From: Rhodospirillales bacterium | GTDB taxonomy: Bacteria; Pseudomonadota; Alphaproteobacteria; Rhodospirillales; UBA2165 | Assembly (NCBI GenBank): GCA_965221855.1 | Contig: CBDCSV010000001.1 | Location: 186,170-250,169 of the forward strand | Length of the DNA stretch: 64,000 nucleotides | Direction of reading: 5' to 3' | Part shown: piece after piece, positions 1-9,924 of the stretch | Layout of the letters: the number at the start of each line of letters is the position of its first letter | Position numbering within the stretch: the first letter of the stretch is position 1 | Position numbers and translations under genes: made by a program | The notes under the pieces: generated by a model | Databases searched by the model: none | Told to the model about the DNA's origin: nothing | The model's input: only the letters and a program-made list of their open reading frames with translations

Positions 1-1189
1 AGTTATGTGTCAGGGAGACTGGGGTACTGATTCCCTGAGACTTGTTTTCGTGAATGAAGACCGCGAAGAGGATGCGGTCCATTGAGGTTTTATCCTTGAA
101 GGTTCCCATGGGCCGGGTTCGTCTGCGAACCTCGCGGAACCTCCGTTCGATGGCATTGGTGGTCCTGACCTGCTTTCGCTCGGCGAGGTCCTTGTAGCGG
201 AAGCAGGTGAGCAGGTCGTCGAGGTCGTTGCGCAGGCAGGCGACGGCCTTGGGGTAGGTATCTTCCCAGGCGTCGGCGAAGCGGCGGGCGGCGGTCTCGG
301 CCTTGCGGCGGTTGGGGGCATTCATGACGGCGTGGACGTCGGCCTTGACGGCCTGCTGGTCGGCTACGCGGACCTTGTTGAGGATGTTCCTGATTTTGTG
401 CGCCCAGCACCTCTGAACGGGGATGCCGTGATAGACGATCGGCAAGGCGGCGAGCAGGCCTTGGCCGCCATCAACGCAGATCATCTCAAGGCCCTCGCCG
501 GTGAGGCCGCGGCGGTGCAACGCGGTGAGGAAGCGCTCCCACTCCGCGGCGCTCTCGCTGGCGGCGAGTTGGAAGTCGATAATCTCCTTCTTGCCGTCGT
601 GCCGTATGCCCAGCGCCACCAGGACCGGCCTCCTGAGCGCGCCGGCGCCGGTCTTGCAGGCCAGCACCACGCCGTCGAGCATCAGCGCCTTGTAGGCGTT
701 CTTCAGCGGCCGGCGGTGGAATGCGGCGACCGACAGATCGAGGGTCTTGGCGACCCGGCTCACCGTCGCGGCCGAGACCGGACGCCCGAGCAGGGCAAGC
801 AGGACCTCGCCGACCTTGCGGGTCGAGAGCCCCAGCACGAAGCCGGCCAGGATGGCGCGGTCGATCTCTGGAGCGCGCCTTGCGTAGCTCTTCAGAACCT
901 CGGTCGGGCAGAAGTGCCGGGTGCGCGGCACGTTGAGCTCGATGTCGCCGAGCTCGCTGAGCAGGCGGCGCCGGTAGGTGCCGTTGCGCCGGTCGCGCAT
1001 AGCGCTGCCATCGAGGCCGTCGAGCCAGCGATCCACCGCCTCGGCCATCCGGCCCTCGATGATCTCGGCCAGCGCCTGGCGGCCAAGCGGGCGATAACCC
1101 TCGCCCCAGTCCAATCCGCCTGCTTGCATCTCCTTCACCACCTCAAAGGCTTGTGGTAGGTTCTCAATCGTTACAGCTTGCTGTGGCAT
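1..1189 (-). CDS. IS256-family (mutator-type) DDE transposase, stop just outside the window
   Basis: Read by hand from ATG at 1189: MPQQAVTIENLPQAF...RNGTYRR...LMLDG...CVDG...QRCWAHK...RTTNAIER...THN; missing from the ORF track because the stop is truncated. Confidence 0.9.
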   Translation of the reverse strand, partial: MPQQAVTIENLPQAFEVVKEMQAGGLDWGEGYRPLGRQALAEIIEGRMAEAVDRWLDGLDGSAMRDRRNGTYRRRLLSELGDIELNVPRTRHFCPTEVLKSYARRAPEIDRAILAGFVLGLSTRKVGEVLLALLGRPVSAATVSRVAKTLDLSVAAFHRRPLKNAYKALMLDGVVLACKTGAGALRRPVLVALGIRHDGKKEIIDFQLAASESAAEWERFLTALHRRGLTGEGLEMICVDGGQGLLAALPIVYHGIPVQRCWAHKIRNILNKVRVADQQAVKADVHAVMNAPNRRKAETAARRFADAWEDTYPKAVACLRNDLDDLLTCFRYKDLAERKQVRTTNAIERRFREVRRRTRPMGTFKDKTSMDRILFAVFIHENKSQGISTPVSLTHN

Positions 1190-1268
1190 CGGGGTGCTCC
1201 TTCTTGCGGTTGTCGTAAACCACAGGGAGTACCCCATTCCCAACTGACACATAAATTTTTACGTCACC
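1..1268 (-). mobile_element. IS256-family element, copy 1 (left end runs off the window)
   Basis: Close homologue of 52011-53290; terminus CTGACACATAAATTTTTACGTCACC ends at 1268 and matches the terminal inverted repeat of copy 2. Confidence 0.9.
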
Positions 1269-1338
1269 GCGGCCATTTGCCCCTTCGAATCGGCCCTCGA
1301 ATTAGGTAGGTTGTGGGAGGAAAACGAGGAGCCCTGGC

Positions 1339-2142
1339 GTGAGCGGAAACAGGCATCCGAAGCGATCGCCCGGCCGGGCGCCGGCAGTTCTGCCGGCGAT
1401 TTCTTTGGCCATCTTGGCCGTCGGCCTTCCTTGGGGCGGGGAGGCGCGCGCCGGCGGCCTCGTCGATCACCGGGCGACCTACGCCATGAATTTGGTGCGG
1501 TCCAGCGGCCAGGGCGGCATTGCCGGCGCCCGCGGCGCCATGGTCTACGAGTTTCGCGACACCTGCGACGGCTGGCAGGTCGATACCAAGGTCTACCTGC
1601 GCCTCCGGTCGGGGCGCGGCCCGGAGATGGAGAGCGTCCGGCTGGTTTCCTCATGGGAGGCCAAGGACGGTTCCGGTTTCCGGTTCCGCGTGACCGAAAA
1701 GACCGGCGGCGAGGTCAGCGAGGAAATCAGGGGGGTTGCGGTCACCGGCGAAGACGGCGGCATCGCCGAATATACCCGGCCGAAATCGTTCACCGTCAAG
1801 CTGCCCAAGGACACCGTGTTTCCGACCGCCCACCTGCGGAGCCTGATCAAGACCGGCAGCGACGGCGGGAAACACTTGAGCCGCGTGCTGTTCGACGGCG
1901 CGACCCTCGAAAATCCCTACGTGGTCGGCGCGCAGGTGCGGCCGCGCGGCGGCGCGCCGGATGCCTGGGTCGCGCGGATGGCCTATTTTCCCTTCAACAG
2001 CAGGGCTCAGACGCCCGAGTTCGAGCTCGGGGTCAGTTACGGGGACGACGGGGTCGTGCAGTCGGTCCTCCAGGATTTCGGAGACTACCAGATCGAAGCC
2101 AGGATCACGCGGCTGGAAAAGCTCGACGCGCCTATTTGCTAG
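1339..2142 (+). CDS. eipB: Cell envelope integrity protein EipB (DUF1849)
   Basis: Signal peptide, HRATYAMNL...GAMVYEF..TCDGW, FPTAHL, LFDGA, terminal Cys. Confidence 0.8.
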   Translation: MSGNRHPKRSPGRAPAVLPAISLAILAVGLPWGGEARAGGLVDHRATYAMNLVRSSGQGGIAGARGAMVYEFRDTCDGWQVDTKVYLRLRSGRGPEMESVRLVSSWEAKDGSGFRFRVTEKTGGEVSEEIRGVAVTGEDGGIAEYTRPKSFTVKLPKDTVFPTAHLRSLIKTGSDGGKHLSRVLFDGATLENPYVVGAQVRPRGGAPDAWVARMAYFPFNSRAQTPEFELGVSYGDDGVVQSVLQDFGDYQIEARITRLEKLDAPIC

Positions 2143-3194
2143 AGCGTTTCATATTTTGACGGAAGCGTATCCTGCGTTTTTGAAGTAGTTGGCGCATTGC
2201 TGTGGCTCGATGGTGTCGATGAGGCTCCCGAGATGGCGCCATAAGTCGTCGATCTCCCGCTTCTGGGCGTTTCTCATCCAGTGCTTGATTTGGGCAAAGG
2301 TCTGCTCGATGGGATTGAGGTCGGGGGAATATTTGGGCAGGAGCCACAGCTTGGCTCCGGCGGCACGGATGGCGTTTCGCACGGCTTTTGACTTGTGGCT
2401 GCCGAGATTGTCCATGATGACGATGTCGCCGGGCACCAGGGTCGGCACGAGCAGCTGCTCGACGTAGGCGCGGAAGCACACGCCATTGATGGGGCCGTCG
2501 AAGACGCAGGGCGCGGTGAACCGGTCGCAGCGCAGCGCGCCGATGAAGGTCAGGGTGTGCCACCGCCCATGGGGGGCAAAGCCGCGGACCCGCTCCCCTT
2601 TCGGCCCCCAGCCGCGCAGCGGGGCCATATTGGTCCGGATCCAGGTTTCATCAATGAATACCAGCCGTTCGGGATCAAGCTTTGCCTGCCACGCCTTCCA
2701 GCGCCTGCGATGGCGGGCGATGTCCGCGCGCGCCCGTTCAACGGCGAACAGGGTTTTTTTTAAAGCGCAGCCCTTCACGGCGCAGAAACAGCCATACCGT
2801 GCTGTGGGATACCCTGACACCCCGAGCGGCCAACTCGTCTCTCAACCGATGCAGCGTCAGATGCGGCTCCTGGTCGATCCGGCCGACAATGAACTCCCGA
2901 TGGGGCTCAAGAACCCGGCGGCGGTGACCGCCCATCTTGCCGGGCGCAACACTCCCCGTCCGCCGGTAGCGCTGCGACCACTTAACCACGCTCGAAACCG
3001 CAACCCCAAACCGAGCCGCTACAGCGCGGCAACTCTCCCCCGCCAAAACCGCCAAAACAACACGCTCTCGCAAATCAATCGAATAAGGTCTCGCCATGAA
3101 TGCTGGCCTCCTTGCCCAGCATCCATCTTGAATCATGGTTCGCCCATACTTGGGAATCCCTAAAATGATTCAATCAATCTCAAATACGCTCTAG
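2139..3194 (-). mobile_element. IS630-family element A, copy 1
   Basis: CTAGAGCG...CGCTCTAG ends; same sequence at 34125-35180 and 55947-57002. Confidence 0.95.
2149..3097 (-). CDS. IS630 transposase split into HTH orfA and DDE orfB at an A8 run
   Basis: MARPYSIDLRERV; FIDETW, MDNLGSHK, LPKYSPDLNPIE. Confidence 0.9.
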
Positions 3195-4248
3195 AGCCTC
3201 GGGTGTTTAATCTGCAACATACCCAGCATCTTTGAGGTAATTCCTGCATTCCTGTGGGTCGAAGAGGGCGCAGATGTCGCCGACAGCGCGCCAGAGGGCT
3301 TCATAGGTGCGTGCTTTGGCTTTTCTGAGCAGGGCCTTTAGCTTAGCGAAGGCCATTTCGATGGGATTGAGGTCTGGAGAGTATTTGGGCAGGAACAGGA
3401 ACCAGGCGCCCCGCTCGGCAAGGGCCTTTGCCGCCCGCGGACTTTTGTGGACATTGAGATTGTCGAGGATCACCACATCGCCGGGTTTCAAGCTCGGCGC
3501 CAGCTGAGTGCGGACATAAGCATCGAAGGCTGGGCCGTCCATGGCGCCGTCGACAATCCAGGGAGCGACCAGTCCATCGCAGCGCAGCCCCGCGATGAAG
3601 GTTTGCGTCTGCCACTTGCCGAAGGGCGCATCGGCCATGAGCCGCTCTCCCCGGAGACTGCGCCCGCGCAACGGCGTCATGTTGGTCTTCACGCTCGTCT
3701 CGTCGAGAAAGACGAGCCGCGCCGGCTGGCGGCGCATGAAGGGTTGGCGACGGTTAATCCATGTCCGGCGCGCCGCTTTGACGTCAGAGCGTTCTTTCTC
3801 CGAGGCCAGCAGCGTTTTTTTTATAGGTGAAGCCCGCCTTGCACAGCAGTTTGGACAGATTCGACGGGTCGGCCGTGATGCCATGTTCCGCCTCCAGCCA
3901 GACCGCGAGGGTCGGCATGGTGATGTCAGGCTGAGCCTTCACCTTCTCGATAAGGGCCGCACGATAGGGGCCAAGCTTGCCGGACCCCTTGGAACGGCCC
4001 TGCTTGGCCGGCTCAACCGAACCGGTGGCCGCATAGCGGGCCTGAACCCGCACCGCCGTCGACGGAGCAACCTCAAACTGCTCCGCAACCTCCCGACGAG
4101 ACTTGCCCGCCGATATCCCCCGCACCATACGTAAACGAAGATCCGTCGAAATCGCTCTGCCCATAACAGCACCTCCTGGGCACAGGGAATCACCATTTCA
4201 AATAAAAGGGAATCCCCAACGATTCAAAATTCACGCCCGAGGCTCTAG
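3191..4248 (-). mobile_element. IS630-family element B, tandem with element A and sharing a CTAG
   Basis: CTAGAGCCTCGGG...CCCGAGGCTCTAG ends. Confidence 0.93.
3207..4164 (-). CDS. IS630 transposase (orfA 3784-4164 plus orfB, frameshift at A8)
   Basis: MGRAISTDLRLR; FLDETS, LDNLNVHK, LPKYSPDLNPIE. Confidence 0.9.
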
Positions 4249-4344
4249 CCCGACTTCCGCAACTTGGCAGTCGATTCGGCTAATTTGACGATTTTTGGGC
4301 TCGGGAAGTGTCGGATTTCGGGGCTTTGGGTCTCTGGAACCGCG

Positions 4345-4442
4345 TGTAGTGCCGTTTACGGCTCATTCCGTCCTCCTTCCAAGAGGTCATAGTGCGCCAA
4401 ACTCTCTCAACAAATCCGGACCACTTCTAGGGGAGCACTCCA
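4345..4442 (-). mobile_element. Probable IS3-family left-end remnant
   Basis: Minus strand TGGAGTGCTCCCCTAGAAGTGGTCCGG, then GGAGG and ATG with MSRKRHYT, which then degenerates. Confidence 0.45.
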
Positions 4443-4465
4443 ATGAGGGAAAAGGGTTTTCTGCG

Positions 4466-5005
4466 CTAGTCGCGTCGACCATCGATCAGAATGAATGCGA
4501 CCTTACACGGCGAGGACGATCGATTACTCCATGCGTGGTTTGTGCCGCGTTGGATCATAAAATCGCCAGCTCGCAAAATAGTTTCGTCTTCATCCAGAAT
4601 GGCGAATATTTCTCCCTCAAGTACGACGGCATAGTCCACCGTATCCGTTTGATGCATTCCCGGATGCCGCTGCTGATTGTTACTACGATCAGCATCCTTG
4701 AACACCTGCGAGAAAGCTGCCCGTATCTGACGCGCCGCCTCCTCTTTGTTCTCCGGTTCCGGCGGGAACTCAATAACTCTTAGGACTGTCCCTCCGCTTG
4801 GCGGCGCAACACCTTCACAGTCTTCAATTGTATCGGATTCATGAATACTGACCGGCGATTCACCGCTACGCCAGATATTCGTTGAATAGTACCCTGGGCG
4901 GCCGGCAACAGATCTTACGGAGGGCGAGTATCCGTCACTTGTGATGATTGATCGACCGTTCTCATCAAATCCGGTGATGACCCGCCTGATACGACCCTCA
5001 GTCAT
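4466..5005 (-). CDS. Cupin-domain protein
   Basis: RRVITGFDENGRS N-terminus; MHQTDTVDYAVVLEGE and QRGTNHAWSNRS cupin motifs. Confidence 0.85.
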   Translation of the reverse strand: MTEGRIRRVITGFDENGRSIITSDGYSPSVRSVAGRPGYYSTNIWRSGESPVSIHESDTIEDCEGVAPPSGGTVLRVIEFPPEPENKEEAARQIRAAFSQVFKDADRSNNQQRHPGMHQTDTVDYAVVLEGEIFAILDEDETILRAGDFMIQRGTNHAWSNRSSSPCKVAFILIDGRRD

Positions 5006-5583
5006 TACTTTTCTCCATTTTAATTGGTGAGAGTTGGTCCTCGCGCTCGGAAATTCGTGAGCCGAGATAGAACGCCACGGCGAAATTTGGTCTCTCTTTA
5101 ATGCGCTCCCACCAATCAGTCACTGACGGTAGATCTGACCATATGTGCTCCATTCCGAGATCGACCATGCGGTCAAAAACTGGCGTTACGACGACATCAG
5201 CTAAGGTATATGCGTCACCCATCAACCAGGGTGCTCCGCTGACAGCATGCTCGACACGCTCGGCTGTCTGCCGCAATCGGTCGAGTGAAGATTGATACTC
5301 TTCATCACTAAATCCATCCCGCCCCATCTTCCGGTAAAACTCCGTTCGAAGCGGACGCACCTTGGCTTCCTCGGCAAACTCCTCATCGCTGAGGTGCTGA
5401 AAGTGCTGCACAAACACATTTTGGAACGATGGGAAGCGAATAGCGGATGTTGGAACCTCTTCGATAAACCGCATCCATGTGCGCATTCGAGCACGCTCGT
5501 ACAGGTCATCCGGAACCAATCTCGGTTCAGGAAAAATCTCGTCCAGATATTCAACGATCACCGACGAATCGACGACTGGCCGC

Positions 5584-6643
5584 CTAGAGAGTTTTCTGAT
5601 CTGACGGAATCGTTAGGGATTCCCAAAGTCTCTGATTTCTGATTCAAGATGTGGGCTGGTGAAGGAGGCCAGCCTGCATGACGAGACCACTTTCGAATGA
5701 TCTACGACATCGGTTGGTTGCGGCGGTGGACGGCGGGATGTCGCGTCGGTCTGCGGCGAAGGTTTTTGGGGTTGCGGCCTCGACGGCGATCAAATGGGTT
5801 GATCAGTGGCGGCAGCGGGGTGATGTGCGGCCCCGGCCGCAAGGCGGGGACCGCCGCTCTCACCGCCTTGAAGCGTATGCCGAGGAGGTTCTGGCGCTTG
5901 TCACGGAGACACCGGACATCACCCTGGCCGAGATCGCAGCCTGTCTGGAGGAGGTGCACGGGCTTCGGGTTGCCCCGAGCACGGTCTGGCGGCTGCTCGA
6001 CCGCCACGGCATGACCTTCAAAAAAAAACCGCGCACGCCAGCGAGCAGCAACGTCCTGATGTCTTGGCGCGCCGGCAGGCCTGGGCCGAGGCGCAGCCCG
6101 GCCTGATGCCGGAGCGGCTGGTCTTCATCGACGAGACCGGCACATCGACCAAGATGGCCCGGCGCTATGGCCGCGCGCCGCGCGGGCAGCGCTGCCAAGC
6201 CGCCATCCCTCACGGCCACTGGAAGACCACCACTTTGGTCGCTGCTCTCACGCTCGACGGCATCCTCGCCCCCATGACCATCGATGGGGCGATGACCGGG
6301 GCAGCCTTCCTTGCCTATGTCGAGCAAATCCTGGTCCCAACCCTCAAACCCGGAGACATCGTCATTATGGACAATCTGCCAGCCCATAAGCCCGCCAGCG
6401 TGCGTAAGGCCATCGAAGACGCCGGCGCCGAGCTCCGCTTCCTGCCGCCCTACTCACCCGACTTCAACCCAATCGAGATGGCCTTCGCAAAGCTCAAGGC
6501 CCTCCTCAAAAAGACCGCAGCCAGAACCGTCGACGACCTCTACGACGCCATCGCAACCGCCATCGACACAGTCACCCAATCCGAGTGCCAAAACTACTTC
6601 ACTGCCGCAGGCTATGACCGGGTGTGATCAGAAAATGCTCTAG
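5584..6643 (+). mobile_element. IS630-family element C
   Basis: CTAGAGAGTTTTCTGATC...GATCAGAAAATGCTCTAG ends. Confidence 0.93.
5678..6627 (+). CDS. IS630 transposase (orfA/orfB, -1 shift at A9)
   Basis: [10 protein letters not shown]; [26 protein letters not shown]. Confidence 0.9.
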
Positions 6644-6849
6644 CATGTCGCAAAGTCGGCACAACGCCGTTTGGGTTCATCGCAAGGTATTCCGGCGTAA
6701 GATGATCCTTGGTGCGAAAGTTGATGAGACGGCTTTTGAAAGTCAGTTTCTTTTCTGCCAAAACCAACCGAACTTTCTGGCTACAGGTCGAATAATCAGA
6801 GTGAAAAAGCTCAAGCTCGCTATCAATTTCGTCGATCATCTCTGAAATC

Positions 6850-8172
6850 TCATATGAACACGAGTGCAAGAGGAGGGAACAAAACCATAAGCATCAGCAC
6901 TAAGACCATTGCCAGCGCAAACGGTGCGGCCCCAAGGAAGATGTCATTCAATGAAATCTCGTCGTCATCCAGGTTGGCTCGGATAACGAAACACGCAATC
7001 CCCAGTGGTGGCGTGAGCAATCCGATCTCCACGGCGATGACCGTAATGATACCGAACCAAACGAGGTCGACGCCGAGACTGGCCATTACAGGCACGACCA
7101 ATGGCAGGAGAATCAGCATGATAGAAGCGGAATCGAGAATAGTGCCAAGCAGCACAATCACGATTAAATAAACTAATAGAATGGCCAAGAACCCGAGGTC
7201 CGTCTCTTCGATCCAGGTCCCCATAAAATCGGGCAATCCGGACAAGGCCAACATGTTTGCGTAAAGGTGGGCCGCGATTAGAAGGAACGAGATCGATGCC
7301 GTCACGTATCCGGCTTCCATCGCTACCGACCAGAATTTTTTCCAGTCCAGTTTCTTTTTCCCGACCGCCAAAACGAGCGCAGCAAGCGCCCCAACGCCAC
7401 CCGCCTCCGTCGGTGTGAAGATGCCACCATAGATGCCGCCAAGCACAATAACGACGAGACCCAAAATTGGCAGAATCTTTATCCAAAGTTCGCTGATCGA
7501 GAGAAGAGACTCACTTACTTCTCGTGCTTCCCCAATTGCGGCACCCGTTCCAACAAAAGACGGAAATAATCTGATCAGTAGTGTGATCAGCATTGCAAAT
7601 GCAAGGGCAAGCGCTATCCCTGGCAAAATGCCGGCTGTGAACATTTGACCGATCGAGACTTCTGCAACGATCCCATACAGGATTAGCAACAAGCTGGGAG
7701 GAATAAGCATCCCCAAGACCGAACTACCGGCCACAACGCCTACTGAAAACCGTTTGGCGTAACCCAGCCGAATAAGTTCCGGCACAGCTATTTTCGTGAA
7801 TACTGAGGCAGAGGCGATAGTCGTACCTTGAACGGCGGCGAACACGGCGTTCGCCGCAACCGTGGACATGCCGAGCCCACCACGCGCTTTTCGAAACACT
7901 TGATTGCAAACATCGAAGGTATCTCGCCCAATATCCGATGCACCGACAAGGAGACCCATGAACACAAAGAGTGGAATTACACCGAAGGCATATCCGGCAA
8001 TACTTTCTAGTGCAGCTAATGAAAGCATGTTACCTGCAACGATGATGTTGCCCTTCATTGCCCATACGCCAATGAACGACAACAACAACAGAGTGATGGC
8101 CACATGCATCCCTGATTGAATCAGAATTAGGATACCGACGATCGAGAGGAGGCCGATTTCGATATCGCTCAA
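6850..8172 (-). CDS. dctM: TRAP transporter large permease
   Basis: Polytopic membrane protein with IPLFVFMG, LGMLIPPS, GIFTPTEA, LLTPPLG; likely TTG start overlapping dctQ stop. Confidence 0.9.
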   Translation of the reverse strand: MSDIEIGLLSIVGILILIQSGMHVAITLLLLSFIGVWAMKGNIIVAGNMLSLAALESIAGYAFGVIPLFVFMGLLVGASDIGRDTFDVCNQVFRKARGGLGMSTVAANAVFAAVQGTTIASASVFTKIAVPELIRLGYAKRFSVGVVAGSSVLGMLIPPSLLLILYGIVAEVSIGQMFTAGILPGIALALAFAMLITLLIRLFPSFVGTGAAIGEAREVSESLLSISELWIKILPILGLVVIVLGGIYGGIFTPTEAGGVGALAALVLAVGKKKLDWKKFWSVAMEAGYVTASISFLLIAAHLYANMLALSGLPDFMGTWIEETDLGFLAILLVYLIVIVLLGTILDSASIMLILLPLVVPVMASLGVDLVWFGIITVIAVEIGLLTPPLGIACFVIRANLDDDEISLNDIFLGAAPFALAMVLVLMLMVLFPPLALVFI

Positions 8173-8798
8173 TTCATCATGCTCCCGCCAGACGTGCTGC
8201 GGAGAGCACAACGAATGTCCCGAAACGCGTGCATCATATATTGTAAACTCGCACCGAGACTCCCGATCAAGATGATCGCAAGGATGGGCCAAATAGGCGC
8301 GGTAAAATCACCCTCCGTCCCGATGTACTCGTCAATATCCCAGGCTTTTTCGAAACGTCGAACCGTAAAGAAGAAAATCGTCCCGAGCAGCGCCGCGCCA
8401 ATCAGGTTTTGCACGGCCTGAACCAATAGACCCGCCCGTTCGTTTCTAGCCATCAACTTACTGAGCAAGACATCTGATTTGATAAACCGGTTCCGACGGA
8501 GGGTATGTGTAATTTGAAGGAACACGATCGCCACGATGGATATGCTGACCAACTCCGGGACACCGCGGACCGGGCTGCTAAACACTGCGCGGCCAAATAC
8601 GTCCGAGTTGATGAGTAACATCACGGCAATGATCCATAGAGCACCAGCTCCACAGGCCAACGCCGAGAGAGCATTAAAAAATTGGTCAAACGAGTTGGGA
8701 CGAGAGATTTCGTCTCCCGTCCCTGAACTCAACGGCGTGTCGCGGTGATCCGCCAACGTTAGGTTTCCCGGCTCGCTGTCAGCTACTCTTTGTCCCAA
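8169..8798 (-). CDS. dctQ: TRAP transporter small permease (start uncertain)
   Basis: Four TM segments, DVFGRAVFSSPVRGVPEL; between dctP and dctM. Confidence 0.85.
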   Translation of the reverse strand: MGQRVADSEPGNLTLADHRDTPLSSGTGDEISRPNSFDQFFNALSALACGAGALWIIAVMLLINSDVFGRAVFSSPVRGVPELVSISIVAIVFLQITHTLRRNRFIKSDVLLSKLMARNERAGLLVQAVQNLIGAALLGTIFFFTVRRFEKAWDIDEYIGTEGDFTAPIWPILAIILIGSLGASLQYMMHAFRDIRCALRSTSGGSMMN

Positions 8799-9868
8799 TT
8801 CCGGGCAAAAGTGATCCCGGCAGCACGAGCAGTATCCATATAGGCCTTGAGTGTCTTGGAACCAGGCTGTCCCTTCTCATCGAGACGCTTGGCCCAATCC
8901 TGGGCGATATTCGGCAAACTCATCGCCCAACGTCGCCGTTCTGCAAATGACATTTCGTGGATCTTCACGCCTTTTGATTGAGCCAGTTTCAATGCCCCGG
9001 CCCCACCGTTCATATAGTGGCCGACTGATTTTTCTCGATATCCTGGAAGGACCTTGTTGATGACGTCTTTTACCTCTGCTGGCAACGAATCCCACTTGTC
9101 TTTGTTCATGGTAATGGAGCTGGAGAACATCGCACCGAAACTTACCTTGGTGAGATTCTGCGTCACTTCATAATATTTGAAAGCCGGAATTGATGAGCCG
9201 AAGACGACAAGTCCATCATAAACACCGGTTTTTACGGCGTTGTAATAGGTTGTCAGGTTTCCGCGGACTGGGGTCGCCCCCGTTCCCCGGATCCAGGTGG
9301 CTGCGATACCACCAGCGCCAAGCTTTCTGCCCTTTAGGTCTTCGATCCTGGTAACCGGCCAGGTGGTGAGGATGTGATAGTCGTCCACGCCAACGCGGGC
9401 GAGTAGTCGCTGACCGAACTTGGAATAGGCGGCGGTCATCTCCGGCACCTGTTTGTTGACGTCATCGACGATGCTGATGATCTTGTCCAGGTTGCCCGTA
9501 CTAAAAGGGGCCACATAAGAAATTGATTCGAGCGGCGCTTTGGCTGATTCAAACAGCATGCCGACATGTCCTATGTCTGCCAGTCCCTCTTCAACTGCCT
9601 CAAAGACGGCGGGTGGCTTTGCTACCGAGCCTGCATAGGCTTGTGTCCACTTAATCTTGTACTTGCTGCCCTTCGCAGCAAGGCGTTTGGTCACCTCTGG
9701 AATAAAGTGGTTCTTCAGGTATTTGACCGACCCAACAACCGGTGGATGTCCTGAGATGACGGTAAGTTTAATTTCTTCCGCTGATAACGGCTTGCTGAGC
9801 GATCCCGCAACGGCGACTGCAACGCCTAAACTCATCGAAATTAGTTTGGTCCCATTTTTTCCAGACAT
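8783..9868 (-). CDS. dctP: TRAP transporter substrate-binding protein
   Basis: Signal peptide, EGLADIG, IEDLKGRKL, KTGVYDG. Confidence 0.85.
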   Translation of the reverse strand: MSGKNGTKLISMSLGVAVAVAGSLSKPLSAEEIKLTVISGHPPVVGSVKYLKNHFIPEVTKRLAAKGSKYKIKWTQAYAGSVAKPPAVFEAVEEGLADIGHVGMLFESAKAPLESISYVAPFSTGNLDKIISIVDDVNKQVPEMTAAYSKFGQRLLARVGVDDYHILTTWPVTRIEDLKGRKLGAGGIAATWIRGTGATPVRGNLTTYYNAVKTGVYDGLVVFGSSIPAFKYYEVTQNLTKVSFGAMFSSSITMNKDKWDSLPAEVKDVINKVLPGYREKSVGHYMNGGAGALKLAQSKGVKIHEMSFAERRRWAMSLPNIAQDWAKRLDEKGQPGSKTLKAYMDTARAAGITFARNWDKE

Positions 9869-9924
9869 ACTGCGCTCCTGTACATTGCATTGGTATTAGA
9901 TTACTTGGTGATGAGGGGTTCTAA

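Larger units (their letters stand above)
4998..6839 (-). pseudogene. Glutathione S-transferase interrupted by IS630 element C
   Basis: N-part STCSQKVRLVLAEK...NPNGVVPTLRHA (6644-6839) rejoins in frame with ...PVVDSSVIVEYLDEIFPEP...YTLADV (4998-5583) once the IS and one CTAG are removed. Confidence 0.9.
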
